IMG/VR virus record: IMGVR_UViG_3300025450_000037
Location: 1-54,732 of that record
DNA length: 54,732 bases
DNA from: a virus
Lineage: Duplodnaviria > Caudoviricetes
Reading direction: 5' to 3' (one strand)
Every line of letters starts with the position of its first letter. Position 1 is the stretch's first letter. The notes below the pieces were generated by a model. That model did no database searches and was not told the DNA's origin. It worked only from the letters and a program-made list of their open reading frames with translations. Of the stretch, positions 28,364 through 39,443 are shown piece after piece. The position numbers and the translations under genes were made by a program.

Positions 28364-31300
28364 TTAAGCTGAAAGATCTCCATAAAGAATCCAGGATGTT
28401 GCTGAAACCTTCATGGCTGTTGCTACCGAGTTTGTTGCTCTTAACTTTAAGCCTGGAGTTCCAGAAATTGTAGCACCAGATGCTGATCCTGATCCTGATA
28501 CTGCAATCGCTGCAAGAGTACCAGTATATTGCCAAAAGTTAACTGATGTTCCAATTGCACAACCTGCGTCAGCTATAGTAAATGTGTTTGAACCTGATAC
28601 AGGAATAAACTGATCTCTATAAGTTGCTGGGTTAAATGAGGCTGAAGATGCTTGTTGAGAAGCAATTGTTGTAAGTGATGGTACACCTGCAGTAGTTTGG
28701 TTTGTTCCATCTGCAAATGTTATAGATCCACCTGAAGCATAAGTTGTGGTTCCAGACATTGTTGCATTTGAAATTGATGGTGAAGTCAAAGTCTTATTTG
28801 TAAGAGTTTGAGTATCTGTTAAACCAACAATTGCAGACCCTGGAATTGTTTGTCCACCTACTGCTGTAGTTGAAAGAACAGTAGTTCCATTAATCATGAA
28901 TGTTTTACCAGAAGCGATATTTAAGCTTTCTGATGAGTTAAATGATCCTGTAGATGAGTACCACTTAAGGGTTTTATCTGTAGCACCCTTAATTGTGATT
29001 CCCGCACCATTTGCAGTTACATCTGTTGGAGTAGCTGTATTAGAGATAACAAGAACTTGCTCTGTTGTATTAAGAGTAGTTGAGTTAATTGTGGTTGTTG
29101 TACCGTTAACTGTCAAGTTACCACCAACGGTTACATCTCCAGTTGTGCTGATAGTTCCAGCACTTGAAAGTGAGAGTCCAGATATTGATGTTACTGTTGC
29201 GCCAGAAGCTATTGATGTGGTACCTATAGTAGGGGCATTATAACCTGCTGGTACGTTAGACCATTGCACTCCAGTTCCAGTTGACTGTAAGTATTGACCA
29301 GTTATTCCTGTGCTTGAGTTTGCAGTCAAAGAACCTGTAAGTGTTGCTGATGCAATTGAAGGTGATGTAAGAGTTTTGTTTGTAAGATTTTGTGTTCCAG
29401 TTAGCGTTGCTACTGTTGAATCTATTGCAATTGTGACTGCTCCTGAACCATCAAACGATGATCCTGAAAGTCCCGTTCCAATTGTAAGAGGATTTGTAGT
29501 AGATGCTTTTATGCTGATTGCAGCCGAACCATCAAAAGTAACACCATTTATGCTTCTTGCTACTGCAAGTTTTGTTGCAGTATCAGCATTACCAGTTACA
29601 TTACCAGTAAGTGCTCCAACAAATCCTGTTGATGTTACAGATGTAAGGCCAGCAAGGGTGGTTGCAGTTGCACCAAGTGCAATATTTGTTGAACCAACAG
29701 TTAAGCTTGGATTAGTTAATCCAGAATTTGGAATTGTTGATACTGAGCTAATTACACCAGAACCAGAAGTTGTTACATATCCAGATGTTGTTAATGGAAG
29801 CGTTACAGTTCCTGTAAATGTAGGTGATGATGTTGTTGCAATTCCTGTTACTGCTCCTGTTGAACCATTTACGCTAAGTACGCCAGTGTTAGCAATTGTT
29901 ACTGCTCCCGAGCCATTATATGAGGTTCCAGAAAGACCTGTTCCAATTGTAAGTGCATTTAGATTAGATCCAAGTGATACGCCTGAAATTGTTGAGTTTG
30001 TAAGTCCAGCATTTGGAATTGTTGCTACGCTTGAAATTACGCCCGCAGAAGTTGTTGTTACATATCCCGAAGTTGTGAGCGGGAGTGTGACAGTTCCTGT
30101 AAATGTAGGAGAAGCATTTGTAGCAAGTCCAGATATAGATCCACCAAGTGAAACTGCTGTACCATTTATGCTAATTGAAGAATTTGTAAGGCTTGAATTA
30201 GCAATATTAGAAATAGTGTTTGATAAACCAGAAATTGTCTTATTTGTAAGCGTATCATTAGTTGCACGTCCTACAAGAGTATCTGTAGATGTTGGCAATG
30301 TAAGTGTTCCTGCATTGCTGATTTGAGCAATTACTGGAGAAGTCAATGTTAATCCCGCCACAGTTGAAACAGTTGCTCCCAAAGCTACTGAAGTTGAACC
30401 TATAGTAACTGAGCTATTTGCAAGATTTGCATTTGAAACTCCACCTGATGCAAGCGATACAACACCTGAGTTAACCGAAAAATTAGAAGGCGTAAACGAT
30501 GCAATACCTTGTGTTGATGTAGTTGCAATAGCCTGGGTTCCTGTTGTATAACCAGTTATACGACCATATGAGTCAACTGAAATTGCTGTAACACGTGTAG
30601 GAGAAACCCCACCTGTTGTATTTGTTTGAGTAACGTTGGCAAGATCTACAGAATCAGCAGTAACATTAAGAGTTGAAGAAACAACATCTACTTCGTTTCC
30701 TGTTCTTGTAAGACCATTTCCTGCAATAAATGTTGCTGCTCCAGAGAACTGAGTCCATGTTAATGAATCTGTTCCAAGTAACAGTGCCCCATTAGTTCCA
30801 GTTCCTGTTGCTGTTTCTACAAAGCTTTGGTTTCCATTATTAGAACCATAAAGAACATATACAGCATCTCCAGAAACAACCTGTCCAGTAATATGGTTAT
30901 CTGAATCTGTGGCACGTGTCAACGTCCACTTCGAAGAAGTTCCGCCATTTGATGTAACTATATATATACCATTTTGAGAAGCTGTTGCTTGGTTTTTAAC
31001 AAGAACACGGTTTCCATTGCTTACAGAAACTCCATCTACAGTAAGTGCTCCGTTTGCTGTTGCAACTAATGTTGCACCGATTCCTTTTCCACCATTAGCA
31101 TCTGTTGTTCCATCTGTATATGTTGAGGCAGGAAGTACGCCAGCGGTTGCTGCCTGAACTGCTGAGTGCCAGTTCATTCCTGCAGTTAAGTTATCAACAT
31201 ATGCTTTAGAAGCAGCATGTCCAGCTGATGTAGGTGTTTGGTTAATTGTAATTAAGTTTGCACTAAAGTTACCAGATGCATCACGAGCAACTATTGTTGA

Positions 31301-34267
31301 TGCTGTATTTGCATCTGTTGCAGTTGTTGCAGAATTTGCAACCTTGCCAGATGTTGAAATTGTATTAAGCTTGGTATCTGCAATAGATCCTGCAAGCATT
31401 GTATTTGTAACTGTTGCTGTATCTGCTTGTGTTACTGCAGTTCCCGCAATTTTTGTTGCAAGAATTGCTGCGGAAGTTGAGATATCAGCATTAACAATTG
31501 TTCCATCTGCAATCATGGCGGAAGTAACAGAGCCAGTATCTGTTGTTTGAACCATATGCTGAGTAGCATTAGAAATTGCGGTATTGCGGTTAGATACTTC
31601 TGTAGCAATTGCAGTATCAGTATATCCTTCAGATGTTGAAATTGCTTGCGATTTAGCAGTATTTATAGCTGAGTTGCGATTTGTAACTTCTGTTGATATA
31701 GCAGTATCTGTATATCCTTCAGCAGTTGTAATAGCATTTGCTTTAGCATTATCTGTATAAGTCTCAGCTGTAGTAAGTGCAGTTGCAATTGCAGAATTAC
31801 GATTTGTAACTTCAGTTGATATTGCTGAATCTGTATATGACTCAGAGGTTGAAATAGCTTGTGACTTTGCGGTAGCAATTTCTCCCGTAATTGTTGTATG
31901 AAGAGTTGAATCTGCAGCAGTAGCAAATGCTTCTGCAGTTGATATAGCAGATGCTTTTGCAGTATCAGCATAACCTTCTGCAGTTGTCAAAGAGGTTGCA
32001 ATTGCTGTGTTTCGGTTTGTAACTTCTGTTGAGATTGCAGAGTCTGTGTAACCTTCTGCAGTTGTAATTGCTTGCGACTTAGCAGTATTTATAGCAGAGT
32101 TACGGTTACTAACTTCAGTAGAAATTGCTGCATCTGTATATGTCTCAGATGTTGAGATAGCTTCTGCTTTCTTTGTATCCGCATAAGATTCGGCGGTAGA
32201 AAGAGAAGTTGCAATTGCTGTATTTCTATTAGAAACTTCACCAGATATAGCATTGTCTGTATAAGTTTCTGAAGTTGATATTGCTGCATTTTTAGCAGTA
32301 TTTATAGCTAAATTACGATTAGTAACTTCTGTTGCAATACTTGAATCTGTATATGCTTCAGCATCTGATTTAGCTGTAGCGATATGGTTTGATACAGTAA
32401 CCACAAAGCTTGGATCATCACCTATTGCATCTGCAAGTTCTTTAAGTGTGTCTAAAGTTGAAGGTGCAGCGTTTACAAGGTTTGAAATTTGTGCATCTGT
32501 ATAACCTTCTGATGTAGATATTGCTTGAGATTTAGCTGTTGCAATTTCTCCAGTAATGGTTGTGTGTAATGCTGAATCTTGAGAATCAGTATATGATTCA
32601 GCTGCTGCAATAGCCTCAGATTTCTTTGTATCAGCATAAGATTCAGATGTTGAAATTGCTTGAGATTTAGCAGTTGCAATTGCGTTATTTCTATTGGAAA
32701 TTTCTGTAGAAATTGCTGAGTTAGTATAGTTTTCGGAAGTTGTTATTGCGTTTGATATATCAGTAGATCTTGTTGATGCTTCTGATGCTATAGCTGCATT
32801 ACGATCTAACACTTCTTGATCTATTGCATCATCAACGTAGTCTTTGTCTGCTAATGCTGCTGTGTCATCAATTCCGTGAACATTTGTTGTAGATGATTCA
32901 TGATTAGAAAGGTTTCCTGAATTTAAATTTAATTGATTTTGGATATTTGATGTTAATCCTGAAAGGTAAGATATATCTGTAGATGTAACTGTTCCTATAG
33001 AGGTGGTAGATGGAAGAGAAACGTTACCAGTCAAAGTTGTATTGTGTGATGAAGCTAAAAGCCCTAGTTCAGTGCCTAAATCTGTAACTTGTGAAATTGT
33101 TACAGAATTAATTTTTGAAGAACCAATTGTTCCTTCTGCAATGTTTGATCCTGTTATTGTTTCTGAAGCAATATTAGATCCCAATATTGTTGCTGAGCTA
33201 ATTTTTGAACCATCTATCGTTCCAGAAGCAATCTTTGCACCAGTTATTGCATTGTCTGCAATATTTACAGTTTCAATTGCATTCGAAGCAACTTTTGCAC
33301 TTGTTACTGAGCTATCCGCAATATTTACAGTTTGAATTGCATTTGTAGCAATTTTTTCATTTGTTATTGTTTGATCGGCAATTTTATCTGCTGTAATTGT
33401 TGCAGTAGCAATTTTTGCATCTGTTATTGCTTGATCAATAATATTTGATGTTGAAACTGAGTTGTCTCCAAGTTGTACATTTGTTATAGAACCAGAAGCA
33501 ATCATTCTTCCCGCCACAGAACCTGAAGGTCCAACTATTAACCCATCAAAATTTGCATCTCCATTAATTGTTGGATTATCTATTGTTGGATTATTAAGTG
33601 TTGTTCCAGTAAGGTTACCGTTAGTTATAATTGCGCCAATCTGAGCAGAAACATTTGCTGCAAAGTTGTTATCATCGTTAATTGCATCAGCAAGTTCTTT
33701 AAGGGTATTTAAAGTAGATGGAGCAGAATTAACCAAATTTGCAATTGCTGTATCAGCATAATTTTCTGAACTTGAAATAGCTTGAGATTTAGCAGTTGCT
33801 ATTTCACTTGTAATGGTTGTGTGTAATGTTGAATCTGCAGAAGTTGCAAAAGATTCTGATGCAGAAATTGCTTCAGACTTTTTTGTGTCAGCATAAGATT
33901 CAGCTGTTGCAATAGCTTCGGCTTTTTTTGCATCAGCATATGATTGAGATGTTGAAATTGCTTGAGATTTAGCAGAATCAATTGATGATTCACGATTAGT
34001 TACTTCTTGTGCAATAGCATTGTTTAAATCTACAATTGTAGCAAAATTTGTATCAACAGTACCTGTTAATGCTGCATTAATAGCATCTGTAAGGTTTGCT
34101 GGGGTAACAGTTGCATAACCAAGATCATTCCAATTATTTGTTCCATCACCAATTTTAATTTGTAGAGTATCTGTCTCTACTCCTGCTTCTCCCGCTGCTA
34201 GCACGGGATTTACTGAGGTCCAATCTGTTGATGTTCCTCTGCGAATCTGAATTCTTACTGTTGACAT
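28364..34267 (-). CDS. Giant tail-fibre/adhesin-like protein (1967 aa)
   Basis: N-terminal IQIRRGT..W..NPVLAAGE.GVETDT..KIGDG (Mtd-N-like), APSTLDTLKELADAI fibre motifs, 10-aa IADxxITxxK repeats, AISTEVTNRNxAI repeats, RVLVKNQ...QNGIY module and TLTNKTLTSP repeats. Confidence 0.85.
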   Translation of the reverse strand: MSTVRIQIRRGTSTDWTSVNPVLAAGEAGVETDTLQIKIGDGTNNWNDLGYATVTPANLTDAINAALTGTVDTNFATIVDLNNAIAQEVTNRESSIDSAKSQAISTSQSYADAKKAEAIATAESYADTKKSEAISASESFATSADSTLHTTITSEIATAKSQAISSSENYADTAIANLVNSAPSTLNTLKELADAINDDNNFAANVSAQIGAIITNGNLTGTTLNNPTIDNPTINGDANFDGLIVGPSGSVAGRMIASGSITNVQLGDNSVSTSNIIDQAITDAKIATATITADKIADQTITNEKIATNAIQTVNIADSSVTSAKVASNAIETVNIADNAITGAKIASGTIDGSKISSATILGSNIASETITGSNIAEGTIGSSKINSVTISQVTDLGTELGLLASSHNTTLTGNVSLPSTTSIGTVTSTDISYLSGLTSNIQNQLNLNSGNLSNHESSTTNVHGIDDTAALADKDYVDDAIDQEVLDRNAAIASEASTRSTDISNAITTSENYTNSAISTEISNRNNAIATAKSQAISTSESYADTKKSEAIAAAESYTDSQDSALHTTITGEIATAKSQAISTSEGYTDAQISNLVNAAPSTLDTLKELADAIGDDPSFVVTVSNHIATAKSDAEAYTDSSIATEVTNRNLAINTAKNAAISTSETYTDNAISGEVSNRNTAIATSLSTAESYADTKKAEAISTSETYTDAAISTEVSNRNSAINTAKSQAITTAEGYTDSAISTEVTNRNTAIATSLTTAEGYADTAKASAISTAEAFATAADSTLHTTITGEIATAKSQAISTSESYTDSAISTEVTNRNSAIATALTTAETYTDNAKANAITTAEGYTDTAISTEVTNRNSAINTAKSQAISTSEGYTDTAIATEVSNRNTAISNATQHMVQTTDTGSVTSAMIADGTIVNADISTSAAILATKIAGTAVTQADTATVTNTMLAGSIADTKLNTISTSGKVANSATTATDANTASTIVARDASGNFSANLITINQTPTSAGHAASKAYVDNLTAGMNWHSAVQAATAGVLPASTYTDGTTDANGGKGIGATLVATANGALTVDGVSVSNGNRVLVKNQATASQNGIYIVTSNGGTSSKWTLTRATDSDNHITGQVVSGDAVYVLYGSNNGNQSFVETATGTGTNGALLLGTDSLTWTQFSGAATFIAGNGLTRTGNEVDVVSSTLNVTADSVDLANVTQTNTTGGVSPTRVTAISVDSYGRITGYTTGTQAIATTSTQGIASFTPSNFSVNSGVVSLASGGVSNANLANSSVTIGSTSVALGATVSTVAGLTLTSPVIAQISNAGTLTLPTSTDTLVGRATNDTLTNKTISGLSNTISNIANSSLTNSSISINGTAVSLGGSISGLATNASPTFTGTVTLPLTTSGYVTTTSAGVISSVATIPNAGLTNSTISGVSLGSNLNALTIGTGLSGTSYNGSGAVTIANTGVLSVNGSTGAVTGIATTSSPTFTGTVTLPLTTSGYVTTSGSGVISSVSTIPNSGLTNPSLTVGSTNIALGATATTLAGLTSVTSTGFVGALTGNVTGNADTATKLAVARSINGVTFDGSAAISIKASTTNPLTIGTGLSGSSFDGSGAVTIAIDSTVATLTGTQNLTNKTLTSPSIASATLTGSLTANSSTGITGQYLQSTGTGVQWSNVPAGYNAPTIGTTSIASGATVTSISGLSLSSAGTISTTGDVTVGGNLTVNGTTTTINSTTLNTTEQVLVISNTATPTDVTANGAGITIKGATDKTLKWYSSTGSFNSSESLNIASGKTFMINGTTVLSTTAVGGQTIPGSAIVGLTDTQTLTNKTLTSPSISNATMSGTTTYASGGSITFADGTNQTTAGVPSLTTIASQQASSASFNPATYRDQFIPVSGSNTFTIADAGCAIGTSVNFWQYTGTLAAIAVSGSGSASGATISGTPGLKLRATNSVATAMKVSATSWILYGDLSA

Positions 34268-34321
34268 TTTATTTACCCCTTTATTTTTTAAATTATATCA
34301 GCTTGTCTTACAAATCCAGAA

Positions 34322-34681
34322 TTATACAATAATTCCAGAATCGAATAAATACTGAGCTGATGTTGTTGACGGATTACCCCCGTCAAGGAATTTAGAAGTG
34401 CCTGATGGCGAAACGCCATTTGCTTGTACTATATAGGTTGGTTGACCATTGTAATCAATTGATAAGCCAATGTCCATAAAAGATATATCGTTTGCTGAAT
34501 TTGGAATATCTGACGTATAGGCAACTGGAATCCAGGTGCCGTTAATCTGAACTTGAAGTCTGTTGTTTACAGAATCGTATGATATAGGGGTATTTCCTAG
34601 TATGACATTGGAATCAAATGTGGCATCTCCCGCCACTTCCAGCCCATTCTTAACTCTAAAATCTTTATTACTTGTTGTCAT
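34322..34681 (-). CDS. Small fibre-associated protein
   Basis: N-terminal KDFRVKNGL motif shared with the neighbouring gene; LDGG motif. Confidence 0.6.
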   Translation of the reverse strand: MTTSNKDFRVKNGLEVAGDATFDSNVILGNTPISYDSVNNRLQVQINGTWIPVAYTSDIPNSANDISFMDIGLSIDYNGQPTYIVQANGVSPSGTSKFLDGGNPSTTSAQYLFDSGIIV

Positions 34682-34713
34682 TTTTGGTTCACATATCCCC
34701 TAAAAATTTGTGG

Positions 34714-34735
34714 TGGGGGATTTTAGAGATCCCCC
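34714..34735 (-). terminator. Hairpin after the 505-aa fibre gene
   Basis: gggggat-N-atccccc inverted repeat. Confidence 0.5.
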
Positions 34736-34747
34736 GAACTCTTTTAA

Positions 34748-36265
34748 TTACTGAATAAGTGTTGCGTAAGTCATAACATCTGTTGAAGACTGGTTTGTTG
34801 TAACTGTGATATAAACCACACCAGCTGCATAGTTAGCAGTGATTGTTCCAAGTTCCCCGTTTGTTCCAACTTCACCAAATTGAGTGATTGCAATGTTATT
34901 TGCTGCGTCAAGTGTAAGAAGGACTTCTGTAACTTGAGTATGAGTTGCTGTTGCAAACTTAACCAAAGCCTTGGCTGTTGAATAAGCTGTTGCATCCCAT
35001 GAATAAGCAGTTGCTGAACCTGCAGTAGGTACTTGTACCTTGGCAGAAGCAATTAATGAAACTGAATTTACATTAAGAGCTTCATAAGTAGGCGTTGCAG
35101 TTGAATTACCTGCAGCAACTTGTGAGTCTGTATATGAATTAGCATCTGAAAGAGTTGTTGTTGCTTGAGAAGAAATTGCAGAATTTCTGTTTGTAACTTC
35201 TTGAGCAATTGCTGTGTCTGTATAACCTTCAGATGTTGTTATTGCACTTGTAATATCTGAAAGTAAAGTTGCAGAGAATGTTGCATCATTGTTTATTGCT
35301 GCATCAATTTTAGCAAGTGTATCTAGTGTTGATGGAGCTGTTGAAACAAGACCAGCAATTTTTGTATCTGTATATGCTGCAGCATTTGACTGAGCTGTGC
35401 CAGAAACAGTGTCTGCATAAGATTTTGCTGCATTTTCAGCATTTGTAGCTGCAGCATCAGCATAGCTTTCGATTGATGTTGTAGCTGAAGCAACTGCAGA
35501 ATCTGTATAGCCAGCTGCTGCGGTTTGTGCATTTGCTGCAGATCCTGCTGCATCATATGCTCCATTTGCACGGGAAACTTCAGATGAAATTGCAGAATCT
35601 GTATAGCCTTCAGCTGCATTTTGTGCATTTGTGGCTGCAGTATCTGCGTATCCTTCTGCGGTTGAGAGAGAAGCAGCAATTGCAGAGTTACGGTTTGAAA
35701 CTTCTGTGCTGATTGCTGAATCAGTATAAGAATTTGCACTATTAAGAGCATTTCCTGATACTGTATCTGCATAATTTTCTGCTACTGTAAGTGCTGAATT
35801 AATTGCTGTTTGACGATTTGAGGCTTCTGTTGAGACTGCTGAATCTGCATAAGACTCTGAAGTTGAAAGAGCTGAATCTGTGTATGACTCTGCTGTTGAT
35901 AATGCTGTTGCTATAGCTGAGTTACGATCTGATACCTCAGTGCTAATTGCAGAAGAAATTGCAGAGTTTCTATTTGAAACCTCTGTTGATATAGCAGAAT
36001 CTGTGTATGAATTAGCATCTGATAATGCTTGTGAAGCTGCACCATATGCATCAAAGGTATTAGCATTGACTGTAAGCTTACCTGAACCGTCAACGTTAAA
36101 TACTAATGTATCAACGGATTTAACAAGTGTAGCTCCGCCAACAAGATTAAGGATATATGAATCGCCTGCTGATTCTGTTAGGATATTATGTCCATTGATT
36201 GTACCTGTGGTACCTTCAACGACTAATCCATTTTTAATTCTAAAGTTTTTATCTACTGTTGCCAT
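34748..36265 (-). CDS. Fibre-like protein, repeat paralog of the 1967-aa protein
   Basis: YTDSAISTEVSNRNSAI repeats and APSTLDTL motif. Confidence 0.75.
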   Translation of the reverse strand: MATVDKNFRIKNGLVVEGTTGTINGHNILTESAGDSYILNLVGGATLVKSVDTLVFNVDGSGKLTVNANTFDAYGAASQALSDANSYTDSAISTEVSNRNSAISSAISTEVSDRNSAIATALSTAESYTDSALSTSESYADSAVSTEASNRQTAINSALTVAENYADTVSGNALNSANSYTDSAISTEVSNRNSAIAASLSTAEGYADTAATNAQNAAEGYTDSAISSEVSRANGAYDAAGSAANAQTAAAGYTDSAVASATTSIESYADAAATNAENAAKSYADTVSGTAQSNAAAYTDTKIAGLVSTAPSTLDTLAKIDAAINNDATFSATLLSDITSAITTSEGYTDTAIAQEVTNRNSAISSQATTTLSDANSYTDSQVAAGNSTATPTYEALNVNSVSLIASAKVQVPTAGSATAYSWDATAYSTAKALVKFATATHTQVTEVLLTLDAANNIAITQFGEVGTNGELGTITANYAAGVVYITVTTNQSSTDVMTYATLIQ

Positions 36266-36290
36266 GCTGGGTTATGCTCCTTGTTTTAAT

Positions 36291-36836
36291 TTATTTTTTT
36301 AAAGCAGTTCTATAAAATCTTACTGATACAGAACCTGAAATTGGTGTCACTACTAAATCAATTATACTTCCATTATATACAAAATCAAAGTTGGCGGGAT
36401 TTGTAACGCCATCGCTTGAAGTTATAATATTGAATTCTGAAACATTAGTTCCAGTTGGGGTGAATAAAGCATTTATTTCTGATGAATAAATGTCAGAACC
36501 TTTTGTTACTTGCAACTTGTATTCAGCTGATTGCCAAACACTTGTATCTAGAGTATCTATTACTGTTGGATTTTCTATTCCATAAACTTCTAAATCATTA
36601 TTACCCTGAAGTCCTAAAACTTCTACTGTTGTAGTCCCGCCAGCTGCTTCGAGCTGAGAAACTTTATAATCAAGAGAATTTGGATCTGTTGAGCCATCAA
36701 CACCAATTTTAGCCTCAAGAGCTTCAATTGCAGTATTAGCAAGTATATGCTGTTCTGAATGTGATGGATTTGATAAAGGATTTGTTGAGCTTGGATTTAC
36801 TATGTTGTCAATATCTGCTGGGAAATTAGTTGTCAC
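36291..36836 (-). CDS. Virion structural protein (fibre-associated)
   Basis: TNFPADID...HSEQH..ANTAIEALEAKIG N-terminus; C-terminal beta domain resembles that of 34748..36265. Confidence 0.6.
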   Translation of the reverse strand: MTTNFPADIDNIVNPSSTNPLSNPSHSEQHILANTAIEALEAKIGVDGSTDPNSLDYKVSQLEAAGGTTTVEVLGLQGNNDLEVYGIENPTVIDTLDTSVWQSAEYKLQVTKGSDIYSSEINALFTPTGTNVSEFNIITSSDGVTNPANFDFVYNGSIIDLVVTPISGSVSVRFYRTALKK

Positions 36837-37203
36837 TTACTGAGCCACCATCCAATAAACTAAGATTTGAGTTTGATGGTACAGTAAATACTGCATTTGG
36901 ACCACCGCCGTCAAATCCAATTATATCAGGTAATGTTTCAGAAGTTAAACTATGATTATTAATATTTTTTGTTGGAACAATTATGTTATTTACTTCTATT
37001 GTATGTACATCGCCATCATATGTATGAGTGTGTTCATAAAAAGGAATTGGGTCATCTGATTTCATTATTGTAACCCAAACAGCACCATTATAAATTCTAA
37101 TACTTTTATCAACCGTATTAAAATATGTATCTCCTTCTACACCAGAAGATGGATCAGATGCTCTCGTTAAGAGATTTAATGGGGTTAACATTTTTCTTGA
37201 CAT
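36826..37203 (-). CDS. Small fibre-associated protein
   Basis: DPSSGVEGDTYFNT..IRIYNG.W fibre motif; DGG motifs. Confidence 0.6.
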   Translation of the reverse strand: MSRKMLTPLNLLTRASDPSSGVEGDTYFNTVDKSIRIYNGAVWVTIMKSDDPIPFYEHTHTYDGDVHTIEVNNIIVPTKNINNHSLTSETLPDIIGFDGGGPNAVFTVPSNSNLSLLDGGSVSDN

Positions 37204-37226
37204 CTGATCCTCCTCTGACTTTTTTA

Positions 37227-38903
37227 TTATCCTACGATAATAACTTTATACGCATTTAGTGCTGGGGCATCTGTAAATGCAATTGTAACAGTATTTGCGT
37301 CTTTCATCTTAACGTCGGTTTCAACAAGCTCATAGTCAGAATTGTTCATACGAACAGCAACTGTAATATCTTGTGTACCTAAATTGTGAACGACATCAAA
37401 TGATGTATTTGAAGCATCACCGATAGCAAAAACTGCTTTTCTGGCAATACCGAAGTAATTATTTCCATCATTTGTAAGTGTCCAGTCTTGGTTTCCTTCT
37501 GACCAAACAATTCCTACAGTATTTGCACTTCCACGCTTTACCTGAATAGCTGCATCTTGAGATGGAGTTCCAGTTGTTACGTTTGAATTAAGTACAAGGG
37601 TATTGTCCGAAATATCAATTTCAGTTTTATTAATAGCAGTCAATGTACCTTGTACATTGAGATCACCATTAATATTTACATTACCACTGAATGTAGAAGT
37701 ACCTGCAGTTACTGAAAGATCTGTGTCTGCAGTAATTGCAATAGCACCAGAAGTACCATTGATCTGAAGTGTTCCAGAGTCTCCGTTCAGGTTTCCAACT
37801 AGGCTTCCTGATCCGTCAGTAATTCCTACTGGGCCATTTAATGTTGGAGAAACAAGAGTTTTATTGCTAAATGTTTCAGTCTCACCTAACGTTGCAACCT
37901 GGTTATTTGCACCCGCTGAATTTTGACCATTATAACCAATAAATACATTACCAGTTCTTCCAGAAGTACCACCTGTATAAAGGATGATATTTCCTTCTCC
38001 ATCATTTGCTCCCGAACGAAGAGCAAGGTCTCCATGTGATTCTAAGTGTAATGCTGGTACTGATTGAGATCCGCCTTCAGCATTTACAAACAAATAACCT
38101 GTTGGCTCATTGCCTTCTGAACTTAACTGTATAAAACCATTGATATCAATAGTTTTTGTACTTGTATAAGAGTTGTAGCCATGGTAAGACAATCCAGATG
38201 CTGGGGCACCTGAATTTACTACCAATACATCTGCACCATTAGAATCCTGAACAGTAAGAACACCATTGGTTCCACCGCCACCGATATTAACATTATCAGA
38301 TGTTAACTGGATTATTCCAGCTTGTACATTTACATTACTTCCAGATGAAAGATTAATATCTTGTCCACCTGCTGAAGACAATGAAATTGGACCAGAATTT
38401 GTTTCAATCTGTACTCCATTGCCAACACCAGTAAGTCTTAATGAACCATCAGATTGGGCTGCAATTACTCCCTGTTGGGAGCCTTCACGCCAATACGATG
38501 TTTTTTGTACTTGAATTTCACCATTGTCAATAACAACTAGTGAAGGCAAAGAAATTGTTGTGGTATTTCCAATATCATTAACAACAATCTGGTTTTCTGT
38601 TCCAGATACGTTGAGATGAGTATTTAAAGTAATAATTCCTGTGACTGGATCAACGCTTGCACTTCCCGTTACATCTCCTGTGAGTGTTACGGTTGAAGCT
38701 GATGCTCCTCCTACAGAAAGGTCATACCATTTTGCTCCTTGCAAGGAGTCGTTACGATAAACACGAAGTGTTTTGCGTGTATTGTCGTAGTAAATTCGAC
38801 CTTCCGTATTGCCACTGGATGGGGCAGAGGAAAGGTTTTGAATCACGGCATTTTGTAGCTCGTTTGTATTCAGGTCAATATTTGTTAGAAATAATCTAGA
38901 CAT
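37227..38903 (-). CDS. Tail fibre-like protein
   Basis: APSSGNTEGRIYYD, LTGDVTGS and GNVNINGDLNVQGT beta-repeat motifs; C-terminal VVHNLGT domain. Confidence 0.7.
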   Translation of the reverse strand: MSRLFLTNIDLNTNELQNAVIQNLSSAPSSGNTEGRIYYDNTRKTLRVYRNDSLQGAKWYDLSVGGASASTVTLTGDVTGSASVDPVTGIITLNTHLNVSGTENQIVVNDIGNTTTISLPSLVVIDNGEIQVQKTSYWREGSQQGVIAAQSDGSLRLTGVGNGVQIETNSGPISLSSAGGQDINLSSGSNVNVQAGIIQLTSDNVNIGGGGTNGVLTVQDSNGADVLVVNSGAPASGLSYHGYNSYTSTKTIDINGFIQLSSEGNEPTGYLFVNAEGGSQSVPALHLESHGDLALRSGANDGEGNIILYTGGTSGRTGNVFIGYNGQNSAGANNQVATLGETETFSNKTLVSPTLNGPVGITDGSGSLVGNLNGDSGTLQINGTSGAIAITADTDLSVTAGTSTFSGNVNINGDLNVQGTLTAINKTEIDISDNTLVLNSNVTTGTPSQDAAIQVKRGSANTVGIVWSEGNQDWTLTNDGNNYFGIARKAVFAIGDASNTSFDVVHNLGTQDITVAVRMNNSDYELVETDVKMKDANTVTIAFTDAPALNAYKVIIVG

Positions 38904-38933
38904 TTATATTACCTACCCTTTCGTTTTTTTGTA

Positions 38934-39443
38934 TCAAGAAAGATATGCTTTCCCTGATACTTCCCCTATGAATTGTATTACCATTAGATTTTCATTGGGG
39001 TAGGATGTATCTCCTTCTACTACAGTTCCTGCAGTATCAATGCATGTAGCATTGGGATTATATCCAAGATTATGTTGTATTTCCCAAACTGATGCTGGGG
39101 ATGGTATTTCGTAAACTTGACCTAAAAGATCTTTGTTCAAACCTTCAAATAATGGTGTGGTAGGCCAACCAGTAATTAACTTTGGGCCATAAATAATTGA
39201 GGTGTTTGTATTTAGCCACATATCACCAACATTTCCTATCAAATTGGATGGAAGCCCTGGACCAGACCTTAGCATTGATCCTTGTGGACCTGGTGGACCT
39301 GCAACTCCTGAAGCTCTAACAATTACTTTTGTTGGAGATTCAACATTTACTACTTTTGAATTATTAAATTGTCCATTAACAGTAACTTTGTCGGGAGTTT
39401 TTACTTTTACAACTTTAGTTGTTTGATAGTATGGTTTAGCCAT
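38934..39443 (-). CDS. Fibre-associated protein with short collagen-like stretch
   Basis: GVAGPPGPQG, GNVGDMWLNT..IYGPK and IQHNLGYNP. Start moved to ATG 39443 (TAATG overlap). Confidence 0.65.
   Translation of the reverse strand: MAKPYYQTTKVVKVKTPDKVTVNGQFNNSKVVNVESPTKVIVRASGVAGPPGPQGSMLRSGPGLPSNLIGNVGDMWLNTNTSIIYGPKLITGWPTTPLFEGLNKDLLGQVYEIPSPASVWEIQHNLGYNPNATCIDTAGTVVEGDTSYPNENLMVIQFIGEVSGKAYLS

Noticed and set aside
28364-34267. Diversity-generating retroelement suggested by the Mtd-like N-terminus
   Set aside because: No reverse transcriptase in the window, and no template/variable repeat pair differing at adenines was seen.
28413-36302. Many plus-strand and alternative-frame ORFs over the fibre genes (and similar ones over tape measure, capsid and nrdJ)
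   Set aside because: They fully overlap long, well-supported genes and are expected from Ala/Thr/Ser codon bias.
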